This document shows positions 1 through 8,744 of a DNA stretch of 64,000 bases, piece after piece; the first letter of the stretch is position 1, and each line of letters opens with the position of its first letter. The stretch is from assembly GCA_041398665.1 (NCBI GenBank), contig JAWKUH010000006.1, positions 130,596-194,595 of the forward strand, given 5' to 3'. Below the pieces are notes generated by a model, which saw only the letters and a program-made list of their open reading frames with translations, was not told the origin of the DNA and did no database searches. The position numbers and the translations under genes are program-made. The DNA comes from Planctomycetota bacterium (GTDB taxonomy: Bacteria; Planctomycetota; UBA1135; GCA-002686595).

Positions 1-823
1 AGTCGAACGCGAAGACGCCGCGCACGACCGCCGCGGCGGGACCCTCGAAGCGCACCATCGCGTCGATCCACGCGCCGACGCCGGCCTCGCGCTTGAAGAA
101 GCGCGGGTCGACGAGGTTGCGACTGCCGGTGTAGGCGATGCGACCGTCGACCACGGCGATCTTGCGGTGGTTGCGCAGGTCCGCGCGCGCGAACACGCTG
201 CGCAGGAGCCCGGTCGGCAGCGCCGCGACGAGCCGCACGCCCGCCGCTCGAAGACGCCGCGCCGAGTCCGACGCGAGGAACGCCTCGCTCCCCGTCGAGT
301 CGGCGATGGCGCGACAGCGCACGCCGCGCCCCGCGGCTCGGACCAGCGCGTCGACGACGTCGGCGACGCGACCTCCCTCGCTCCAGATGTAGAAGCCGAG
401 GTCGCAGCTCTCGCGCGCTGCGTCGACGTCGGCGACGAGCCGGTCGAACGACGCGTCGTCGTCCGTCAGGAGCTCGACGCGGTGCGCGGCGACCGGCGGG
501 ATCCCGACCGTCACCTCGGCCTGACGCGCGAGGTCGGCCGAGGCGTCGCCGCCGACGCTCGCGCGGAACGCGAGGAGTTCCCGACACAGCCGCTCGACCT
601 CGCCGCGCCGCGCCTCGATCCGTCTCCGCCGACGCGGACCGACGCGGCGCTCGCCGAACATGAGGTAGAGCACCGCGCCGACGAACGGGAGGCTGAACGC
701 CACGGCGAGCCACGCCATCGACACCCCGACCGGCGAGCGGCGCGAGATCACGCGCAGCGACAGCGCGACCACGAGCACCCAGTGCGCGGCGAGCAGCGCG
801 GTGGAGGCGGCCGGTGCGCTCAT
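1..823 (-). CDS. cls: Cardiolipin synthase / phospholipase-D family protein; window holds the N-terminal ~270 aa, C-terminus lies before position 1
   Basis: Minus-strand translation starts MSAPAAST..., has two N-terminal TM helices then an HxKxxxxD motif (HRKIAVVDGRIAYTGSRN, reverse complement of nt ~150-200). ATGA overlap with upstream dedA stop. Confidence 0.75.
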   Translation of the reverse strand, partial: MSAPAASTALLAAHWVLVVALSLRVISRRSPVGVSMAWLAVAFSLPFVGAVLYLMFGERRVGPRRRRRIEARRGEVERLCRELLAFRASVGGDASADLARQAEVTVGIPPVAAHRVELLTDDDASFDRLVADVDAARESCDLGFYIWSEGGRVADVVDALVRAAGRGVRCRAIADSTGSEAFLASDSARRLRAAGVRLVAALPTGLLRSVFARADLRNHRKIAVVDGRIAYTGSRNLVDPRFFKREAGVGAWIDAMVRFEGPAAAVVRGVFAFD

Positions 824-1617
824 CCCGCTCGACCGCCCTCGTCGCGACCGCTCGACCCGAGCTCCTCCGCCTCGAGCTCCTCCTCGTCCTCCGCGCGTTC
901 CACCGCCGCCCGCGCGGCGCGCGCGACGAACAGCACGGCGACGAGCGCGGCGACCGCGCCGACGACGTAGAGCGCGTCCTCGAGTCCGGCGCTCTCGCGC
1001 GTCCGACCGACGACGCCGGCGGCTCGGTGACCGGCGACACCGACCCAGACCTCGACGCCGAGCGCGGGCAGGTGCGCGAGGCTCGCGACGAGGAACGGCG
1101 CGAAGCGCACGCCGGCTCCGGCCAGGGCGAAGCTCACCATCGCGACGTTGAGCGGCGCGAGTCGGATCACGGTCTGCAACCCGAGCCCGCGGTGGACGAC
1201 CGCGCGCTGCATCGCACCGAGCCTCGGCGCGTGCGCGACGAGTCGTTCGACCGGACCCGCGAGGACGCCGCGCGCGACCGCGAACTGCAGCGACACCGCC
1301 AAGAGGTGACCGATCGCGACCGCCGCCGCGCCGCGCGGGAAGCCGAGGAGCGCTCCGGCGGCGACCGTGAACACGCTGGCTGGCGCGAGCAGCGTCGTCG
1401 CGACGGTGTACGCGAGGGCGAAGACCGCGACCCCGATCGCGCCGTGCGCCGCGACCCAGGCGCGCCAGGCCTCGAGGTGCTGCACGAACTGGTCGCCGGC
1501 CCCGAACAGGAGCGCCGCGCCGACGACGAGGAGGAGCGCGACGAGCGCCGCGCGGACCCGATTGGTCCGGGGCGAACGTTCGTCGCCCGACCGAGCCGCT
1601 GCGCCGACGTCCGCCAT
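820..1617 (-). CDS. DedA / TVP38-TMEM64 family membrane protein
   Basis: 265-aa hydrophobic protein (MADVGAAARS...) with the typical DedA core LAYTVATTLLAPASVFTVAAGALLG. Real-looking part of minus ORF 820..2022. Confidence 0.7.
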   Translation of the reverse strand: MADVGAAARSGDERSPRTNRVRAALVALLLVVGAALLFGAGDQFVQHLEAWRAWVAAHGAIGVAVFALAYTVATTLLAPASVFTVAAGALLGFPRGAAAVAIGHLLAVSLQFAVARGVLAGPVERLVAHAPRLGAMQRAVVHRGLGLQTVIRLAPLNVAMVSFALAGAGVRFAPFLVASLAHLPALGVEVWVGVAGHRAAGVVGRTRESAGLEDALYVVGAVAALVAVLFVARAARAAVERAEDEEELEAEELGSSGRDEGGRAG

Positions 1618-1667
1618 CGCCTCCGACGATACCCCCGGAGCGACCCGGACCGGCGCGGCACGGCCCG

Positions 1668-4090
1668 GTGATCGAAGATCGGCGGGCGGACCGCAGAAAG
1701 GCTCGCGCCGATGCCGACAGAGGAGCGATGGGCTGGGCCCTCCTCGTCGGACTCGTGGCTGCGCTGGGTGCGGCGCTCCTCGGCGTCGCGCTGGTCCGTC
1801 GCAGTCGCCGCGAGCAGCACGGGACGCTGCACGAACGGCGCCGCGCGGAACGCACCGGTGCGGCGAGGGCGGAGCTCCAGCACCCCGTCGTCGACCTGAC
1901 GCGCTGCCTCGGGTGCGGCACGTGCGTGCGCGCGTGTCCCGAGGAGGGCGTGCTCGCGCTGCTGCACGGGCAGGCCGTCGTCGTGCGCGGCTCGGGCTGC
2001 GTCGGGACGGCGAGCTGTGCACGCGAGTGTCCGACCGGAGCGATCACGGTCACGCTCGCCGATCTCGCGACGCGGCGCGACGTGCCGGTGCTCGACGAGG
2101 GACTCGAAGCGGTGGGGCGCCCCGGTCTGTTCCTCGCGGGCGAGGTGACGGCGCACGCGCTCGTGAAGACCGCGGTCGACCACGGCACGCTGGTCGCCGC
2201 GACGGTGGCGGAGCGCGCGCAGCGCGAGGGCGCGGCGCGCGAGACCGGCGTGCTCGACCTCGCGATCGTCGGCGCGGGTCCGGGCGGACTCGCGTGCGCG
2301 CTGGAGGCGAAGCGTCTCGGGCTCGACTTCGTCCTGCTGGAGCGCGAGAGCGACCTCGGCGGCACGGTCGCGCGCTACCCGCGCCGCAAGCTCGTCGCGA
2401 CACGACCCATCGACCTCCCGCTGCACGGTCGGCTGCCCGAGCGCACCTACCTCAAGGAGGAGCTGATCGAGCTGTGGCGCGGGCTCGCCGCGGAGCACGA
2501 CCTGCCCGTCGTGTGCGACTCGACGTTCGAGTCGCTCGACCGGGACGACGCGGGCACCTACACCGTGCACGCGAGCACCGGCGAGGTGCGCGCACGCAAC
2601 GTGTGCCTCGCGATCGGGCGGCGCGGCGTGCCGAACCGGCTCGGCGTCCCGGGCGAGGACGCGCCGAACGTCGCGTACAGCCTGCTCGACGCGGACGCCT
2701 ACGAGGGCGAGCGCATCCTCGTCGTCGGCGGCGGCGACAGCGCGGTCGAGGCGGCGCTCGGTCTCACCGCGCGCGGTGCGAACGAGGTCACGCTGAGCTA
2801 CAGGCGCTCCGACTTCTTCAGGCTCGAGCCCTCGAACGAGCGCCGCATCCGCGAGGCGGCGGCGAGCGGGCGCGTCACGGTGCTGTTCGAGAGCGAGGTG
2901 CTCGAGATCGACGCGGGCGAAGTGCGCCTGCTCGCGCGTTCGGCGGACGTGGCGGGTCGCGGCACGGGCCGCACGAGCACCGACGGAGCCCCGAGCCTGG
3001 TGCCGGGCGGTCCGGGGCGCGTGCACCACGGCGCGTCGCACGAGACGCTCGAACGTCGCGTCGCCGTCTCGACCGAGGCGCGCGCCGAGCTCGTGCTGCC
3101 GTGCGACCGCGTGTTCGTGATGGTCGGCGGCACGCCGCCGATCGCACAGCTCGAGGCGGCGGGCGTCAGCTTCGACCCGACGCTGCGCCCGGCGGCGCCG
3201 GAGATCGGCGAGCAGGGCAGCGGCCTCGTCCGCGCGCTCGGCGCGGGCTTCGCCGTCGCGCTGTTCGGCCTCGCGTTCGCGCTGTGGCACCGCGACTACT
3301 ACCTCCTGCCGACGTTCGAGCGCGCGGCGTCGCCGAAGCACGACCTCCTGCGGCCCGGACTCGGACTCGGGCTGTGGCTCGGGGTCGGGTCGATCGCGCT
3401 CGTCGTCGCGAACCTCGCGTACGTGCTGCGCCGCTCGCCGCGCTCGCGCGTGCGCTTCGGGTCGCTCGCGAACTGGATGACGGTGCACGTCGCGACGGGC
3501 GTGCTCGCGCTGCTCACCGCACTCGTCCACTCCGGGATGGAGCCGCGCGACACGGTCGGGGGCCGAGCGCTGTGGGCCATGGTCGCGCTGTTCGCGACGG
3601 GAGCCGTCGGGCGCTACCTCTACGCCTACGTCCCGCGGGCGGCGAACGGGCGCGAACTCGAACTCGCCGAGATCCGCGGCCGACTCGCGCGTCTGGCGGA
3701 GGGCTTCGTCCGTGTCGACGCGCGACTCGCGGCGCTGGTGCGCGACGAGACGCTGGAGCTGGTCGAGCGGCGGCAGTGGAACACGTCGTTGCCGGCGCGC
3801 CTGCTCGCGCTCGTCGGCGCGGAGACCGGGCTGCGCCGACTTCTGCGCCGCGTGCGGACCGAGGGCGCCGCCGCCGGACTCGCGCAGGACCAGATCGACG
3901 AGGTGACGGAGCTCGCGCGCCGCGCGCACCGCTCGGCGCTCGCGACGGCGCACATCGACGACCTGCGCGGGATCATGGCGAGCTGGCGCTGGCTGCACCG
4001 CTGGGCGCGCTGCTCCTGCTCGTGCTCGTCGCGCTGCACGTGGTCTACGCGCTGGCGTACGGCGGCTACCTCGCGGGAGGCGCGCGGTGA
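1668..4090 (+). CDS. Membrane-bound fusion oxidoreductase: N-terminal TM helix, two 4Fe-4S ferredoxin-type CxxCxxCxxxCP motifs, FAD/NAD(P)-binding pyridine-nucleotide-disulfide-oxidoreductase-like domain, C-terminal 5-TM domain with conserved His. Apparent 1-nt frameshift near 4003-4008.
   Basis: Frame of ORF 1668..8069 gives CLGCGTCVRACPEEG and CVGTASCARECPTG, GAGPGG and GGGDSAVE dinucleotide-binding motifs, then TM helices (FALWHRDYY, WMTVHVATGVLALLTALVHSG). The last TM helix and stop are read in the frame of ORF 1367..4090 (LLLLVLVALHVVYALAYGGYL*). Start could alternatively be M at 1728. GTGA overlap with next gene. Confidence 0.65.
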
Positions 4091-6225
4091 ACGCCGACGA
4101 TCCGCCGCCGCCGTCCGTCGCGTGGTACCGCCGCCCGCAGTTGTGGGTCGCGGTCTGCAGCGCCGTGCTCGTCACGACGCTCGGCGTCGTCGGCAAGGAC
4201 CGCAAGTCGCCGGGTCCGCTCGCCGCGGCGCACGCGCGCGTCGCCGAGCTCGCGGGCGGTGCGAGCTGCTCGGAGTGCCACGGCGGCTGGTTCCAGGACA
4301 TGTCGAGCGCCTGTCTCGACTGTCACGAGGCGATCGAGTCGCAGATGGACGACGGGCGCGGCCTCCACGGGCGACTCGCCGAGGACCGGCGCGCGTGCGC
4401 GTCCTGCCACTCCGACCACCACGGCGCGAACTTCGCCATGGTGAACGACGTCTCGTTCCGCAAGGCGGGCGTGCCGAACGTCGACGCCTTCGACCACTCG
4501 CTCGTCGGCTTCGACATGGACGGGAAGCACGTCGAGCTGGCGTGCACGGACTGCCACGCGCACGCCTTCGACGAGGTCGTCCCGGAGGGCGTCACGCGCT
4601 TCACGGGACTCTCGCAGCGTTGCGCGGCGTGCCACGAGGACGAGCACCACGGCGCGTTCGGCCAGGACTGCGCGAGTTGCCACGTGCAGGAGAGCTTCAC
4701 CGAGCACGTCGCGACGTTCCACGACGACGTCCTCCCGCTGATCGGCGGGCACGGCGGCATGGACTGTCGCGCGTGCCACGCGGAGGGCGAGGTGCACAGC
4801 CTCGAGGTCGTCGCGGGCAACGGCTCGAAGCCGACGGCGCGCGCCTGTCTCGACTGCCACGACTCGCCGCACGGCGAGGCGTTCGTGACCCGCAACGCCC
4901 GCGACTCGCGCACCAGTCTCGAGGCGTCGTGCGTCGTCTGTCACGCCGCGGCGCACACGAGCTTCCGCGACGAGGCGCTCGAAATCACCGCGGAGCAGCA
5001 CGCGGCGTCGGGCTTCCCGCTCGCGCTGCCCCACGACGAGGTGACGTGCGACGGATGCCACGCGCCGGAGCCGGAGGACTTCGCCGCGCGCTACCCGGGT
5101 CGCGACGCCGATCGTTGCGCGGCGTGCCACGAGGACCCGCACGGCGGGCAGTTCGCGACGGGACCGTTCGCGCAAGAGGGCTGCGTCGCCTGCCACGGGC
5201 GCGAGCGCTTCGAACCGCACGGTTTCACCGCGGAACTGCACGCGCGGGCCGCCCTGCCGCTCGAGGGCGGTCACCTCGGGGCGGCGTGCGAGGACTGCCA
5301 CACCGTCGCCCACGACGGCGAACCGCGCACGTTCCGCGGCACGAGCGACACGTGCTCGGCGTGCCACGAGGACGCGCACAACGGGTTCTTCGACTCGCGC
5401 ACACAGGCGCTCGAACCGGTGGCGCACGGCGACTGCGCGCGCTGTCACGGCGCGACGGCGTTCGCGCAACTGGTGCCGGAGAGCTTCGACCACACGCGCT
5501 GGACGGGCTTCCCGGTCGACGGCGCGCACGAGGCGGAGGGCTGCGCGAGCTGTCACGCGAGCACGGCGGAGCCCGACGCCGCGGGCCGCACGTTCGGACG
5601 CGTCGCGCCCGAGCACGGCGAACTCGTCGCCATGCACGCCGGGCCCGAGGTCGGCCGCTCGTGCGCGGCCTGCCACGAGGACCCGCACGGCGGCCGCTTC
5701 GACGCGGAGGGACTGCCGGAGCGGTACGACGAGCGCGAGGGCTGCGCGCGCTGCCACACCGACGCGTCGTTCCGCGACCTCTCGCGCGGCTTCGACCACG
5801 GACTGTGGACCGGTTTCCCGCTCGACGGCGCGCACGGCGAACAGTCGTGCAGCACGTGCCACGCGCCGCTGCGCGCACCGACGACGGAGGGGCGCACGTG
5901 GGGCTTCGCGAAGGGCGCGGACTGCGCGTCGTGCCACGCCGACCCGCACGGCGGTCAGTTCCGCGAGCGCGACGCGCAGGGGACCCTCGGAGCGACGGAC
6001 TGCGCGCGCTGCCACCAGAACACGACGTCGTTCGCGAAGCTGCGCTTCCGCCACAACTGGGACTCGCGCTTCAAGCTCGACGAAACGCACGCGAAGGTGG
6101 ACTGCGCGCAGTGCCACCGCCCCGAGGTGATCTCGGGTGCGCCGACGTTCCACTACAAGCCGCTCGGAACGAATTGCACGGACTGCCACGGGGTGGGGGC
6201 GAGTTCGCTGAGGAAGGACGGGTAG
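4087..6225 (+). CDS. Periplasmic multiheme cytochrome c, about 23 CxxCH motifs, paired-CXXCH / cytochrome c7-like repeats, N-terminal signal anchor
   Basis: 712-aa ORF with roughly 23 CxxCH motifs (CSECH, CLDCH, CASCH ... CTDCH), many in CH..DxH / doubled arrangement. Hydrophobic N-terminus LWVAVCSAVLVTTLGVV without lipobox. Confidence 0.85.
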   Translation: MNADDPPPPSVAWYRRPQLWVAVCSAVLVTTLGVVGKDRKSPGPLAAAHARVAELAGGASCSECHGGWFQDMSSACLDCHEAIESQMDDGRGLHGRLAEDRRACASCHSDHHGANFAMVNDVSFRKAGVPNVDAFDHSLVGFDMDGKHVELACTDCHAHAFDEVVPEGVTRFTGLSQRCAACHEDEHHGAFGQDCASCHVQESFTEHVATFHDDVLPLIGGHGGMDCRACHAEGEVHSLEVVAGNGSKPTARACLDCHDSPHGEAFVTRNARDSRTSLEASCVVCHAAAHTSFRDEALEITAEQHAASGFPLALPHDEVTCDGCHAPEPEDFAARYPGRDADRCAACHEDPHGGQFATGPFAQEGCVACHGRERFEPHGFTAELHARAALPLEGGHLGAACEDCHTVAHDGEPRTFRGTSDTCSACHEDAHNGFFDSRTQALEPVAHGDCARCHGATAFAQLVPESFDHTRWTGFPVDGAHEAEGCASCHASTAEPDAAGRTFGRVAPEHGELVAMHAGPEVGRSCAACHEDPHGGRFDAEGLPERYDEREGCARCHTDASFRDLSRGFDHGLWTGFPLDGAHGEQSCSTCHAPLRAPTTEGRTWGFAKGADCASCHADPHGGQFRERDAQGTLGATDCARCHQNTTSFAKLRFRHNWDSRFKLDETHAKVDCAQCHRPEVISGAPTFHYKPLGTNCTDCHGVGASSLRKDG

Positions 6226-6305
6226 GTCCGAGCTCCGCAGACTTCCTCGAACTCCACTCCCGTCGCGCGGCGGAGGCGGCCGATCTGCTCCCTCCGGGGT
6301 CCTCC

Positions 6306-8069
6306 ATGCGAAGGAACGGGGCGGGGAGAGCGGCGGCGGCGTGGACCGCGGTGTGGGTGCTCGCGGGTGCGGCTTCGGCCGACGGCGCGACGGCTCCCGC
6401 CGTCGACGCGCAGGAGGAGGCGCAGGACGAGGTGCGCCTCGAGCTGCGCGTCACCGTCGTCCTCACCGAGCGGCGCGCGTCGGTCGACCGCGGCGCGAGC
6501 GACGGGCTCGCGGTCGGCGACGTCGTCTGGTTGCTTCCGCGCGAGGGCGGCCGGTTCCGCGCGTCGGTCGTCGCCGTCGAGGAGCGCTCCGCGGTGGTGG
6601 AGCTCGACGGCGCGGACGTCGCGCTGGCCGCGGGGCTGAAGGCCGAGGCGACGGTGCCGGCGTCGCGCTTCGAGAGCGAGGACGGCGCGAGCGAACCGAC
6701 GGGCGCGACCGACGCGCCGACTCCCGCCGCGAACGCTTCGAACGACGCGACCGGTGCGCGTCCAAGCCCGAACTCGATCTGGCGCGACCGCGACGAGGAG
6801 TTCGCGGACGGGATGCCGCTGCTCGCCGGCGTGGAGGCGGTGTCGCCCGGCGACCGCACGCCGTTCGTGCGCGGTCGCGTGTGGCTCTCCGTCGACGGGA
6901 CGTACACGGGACAGGACGGGCGCTCCGACCAGTTCGTGCGCGCGGGCACCGACGTCACGTACGAGAACCCGTTCGGACAGGGAGGCGTGCTCGACCTCGG
7001 CGTCGACTGGGAACGGTTGCGCTTCGACCGTCCCGAGCTCGACGACCTCGCCGACACCGAGCTCCGCTTCGAACGCCTCTCGTACGCCTTCGGCGGCACG
7101 CGCTTCGACGGCGACCGCTACCAGTTCGGGCGCTTCCTGCAACACGGCATGCCCGAGTTCGGCGTGCTCGACGGCGCGGAGTGGTCGCGGCGCACGGACG
7201 AGCACCACAGCTTCGGTGCGAGCGTCGGCTACATGCCCGAACCCGACGCGGAGTACGAGAGCGGACACGACTTCCAGCTCGCCGGCTGGTACCGCTGGAC
7301 GTCGGACGCGACGGAGCTCGCAGCGGCGAAGGTCGGCTTCCAGAAGACCTGGCACGACGGCGCGCCGGACCGCGACCTCGTCGTCCTCCAGGGCCACTAC
7401 CTCCCGCGCGACGGGTGGAGCACGCAGGCCTCGGTGTGGATCGACGCGACGGGCGGCGGCGAGATCGAGGGCTCGGGGCCGTCGGTGTCGCACGCCTACC
7501 TCTCGGCCTCGCCGTACACCGCGAGCCGCTTCGGGCTCGAACTCAACTACAGCTACCTCGACTTCCCGGAGCTCGAGCGCGACGAGTACCTGCCGACCCC
7601 GGCACCGATCGAGATCGCCGACCAGCGCGTCCACCGCCTCGGCGCGGACTGGTGGGTGCCGATGGGGGACGGCTCGCGTTTCACGGGTCGACTCGGCGGG
7701 TGGAGCGACGCGACGAACGACGGCGGCGACGTCGAGGTCGGCGTCGACGTCGTCGACATCGTGGGGCGCGGTTCGCACCTGCGGCCGCTCCTGTTCCTCG
7801 CGCGCGGCGCGGGCACGAGCGTGTGGGGCACGCGGCTCGGACTCTCGTTCGGCGGCGAGAAGGTGCGCTACGACCTCTTCTACGAGCTCGCCAACTACCG
7901 ACAGAACGGGTTCCCCGGGGGCAACGACGACTTCGTGCAGCACCGGCTGCGGACGAGCGTCTCGTGGTACCCGACGCCGCACTGGGCGCTCACCGCGCAC
8001 GTCGACGGCACGACCTACCACGAGGAACGCGGAGCGACGGCGGGGGTGTACGCGCAATGGAGTTTCTGA
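6306..8069 (+). CDS. Outer-membrane beta-barrel (porin-like) protein, putative porin component of a porin-cytochrome complex
   Basis: Signal peptide MRRNGAGRAAAAWTAVWVLAGAASA, acidic linker, then alternating hydrophobic/aromatic beta-strand pattern with many Gly/Asp/Tyr/Trp. C-terminal AQWSF (terminal Phe typical of OMPs). Lies between two cytochrome genes. Confidence 0.6.
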   Translation: MRRNGAGRAAAAWTAVWVLAGAASADGATAPAVDAQEEAQDEVRLELRVTVVLTERRASVDRGASDGLAVGDVVWLLPREGGRFRASVVAVEERSAVVELDGADVALAAGLKAEATVPASRFESEDGASEPTGATDAPTPAANASNDATGARPSPNSIWRDRDEEFADGMPLLAGVEAVSPGDRTPFVRGRVWLSVDGTYTGQDGRSDQFVRAGTDVTYENPFGQGGVLDLGVDWERLRFDRPELDDLADTELRFERLSYAFGGTRFDGDRYQFGRFLQHGMPEFGVLDGAEWSRRTDEHHSFGASVGYMPEPDAEYESGHDFQLAGWYRWTSDATELAAAKVGFQKTWHDGAPDRDLVVLQGHYLPRDGWSTQASVWIDATGGGEIEGSGPSVSHAYLSASPYTASRFGLELNYSYLDFPELERDEYLPTPAPIEIADQRVHRLGADWWVPMGDGSRFTGRLGGWSDATNDGGDVEVGVDVVDIVGRGSHLRPLLFLARGAGTSVWGTRLGLSFGGEKVRYDLFYELANYRQNGFPGGNDDFVQHRLRTSVSWYPTPHWALTAHVDGTTYHEERGATAGVYAQWSF

Positions 8070-8734
8070 AGAACGTGCTGCAGCGCCTCCGCCGCCTCGG
8101 CGTCCCCGCGCTCGGGACCGTCGTGCTCGGCGCGTCGCTCGTCGCGTGCGCGCTCCAGCGCACGGGCGGGCTCGAAGTGCACCGCTGGTGGGCCGGCCTC
8201 GGACCCGTCGTGCCGCACGAATCGTTCCCCGAGGACTGCTCGCTCTGCCACGTCGGCGACACCTGGAACACGCTGCGCGCCGACTTCGAGTTCGACCACG
8301 AGGAACGCACGGGCGTGCCGCTGCTCGGCGCGCACTCCGCGGCGCAGTGCCTGCGCTGCCACAACGACCGCGGTCCGGTGCAGACCTTCGTGCAGCGCGG
8401 CTGCGCGGGTTGCCACGAGGACGTCCACCAGGGGCACCTCGGCACGAACTGCTCGGAGTGCCACGAGCAGAACACCTGGCGCGCCGTCGGACAGGTCGAG
8501 CGGCACTCGCGCACGCGCTTCCCGCTGACCGGCGTGCACGCCGTCACGAGCTGCCAGCGCTGCCACCCCGGAGTCGACTCCGGCCGCGTCGCGCCGACGA
8601 GCACGGAGTGCGTCTCGTGCCACCTCGACAACCTGAACTCCGCCGTCGTGCCCGACCACTTCGCGTTCGGGTGGGTGAACGACTGCGGTCGCTGTCACCT
8701 GCCGACGACGTGGCAGGAAGCGGTCGGCTTCTGA
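8057..8734 (+). CDS. Lipoprotein heptaheme cytochrome c (outer-membrane cytochrome candidate)
   Basis: 225 aa with lipobox LVAC. 7 CxxCH motifs (CSLCH, CLRCH, CAGCH, CSECH, CQRCH, CVSCH, CGRCH). Start overlaps OMP stop by 13 nt. Confidence 0.8.
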   Translation: MEFLKNVLQRLRRLGVPALGTVVLGASLVACALQRTGGLEVHRWWAGLGPVVPHESFPEDCSLCHVGDTWNTLRADFEFDHEERTGVPLLGAHSAAQCLRCHNDRGPVQTFVQRGCAGCHEDVHQGHLGTNCSECHEQNTWRAVGQVERHSRTRFPLTGVHAVTSCQRCHPGVDSGRVAPTSTECVSCHLDNLNSAVVPDHFAFGWVNDCGRCHLPTTWQEAVGF

Positions 8735-8744
8735 CCGCGCGGGA

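Noticed and set aside
1167-4301. 1044-aa minus-strand ORF (and similar giants: 8695..12414-, 13514..16315-, 16401..18233-, 20967..23381-, 23116..26826-, 29984..34060-, 34870..38676+, 38022..41039-, 41282..44035-, 45203..47818+)
   Set aside because: Arg/Ala/Gly-dominated, low-complexity translations lying antisense or off-frame to clearly conserved genes. They are expected open frames in 72 % GC DNA, not genes.
1668-8069. 2133-aa continuous ORF
   Set aside because: Artefact of a stop-free frame. It actually concatenates the oxidoreductase gene, an off-frame read through the 23-heme cytochrome gene, and the in-frame OMP gene. The cytochrome is read in the frame of ORF 4087..6225.
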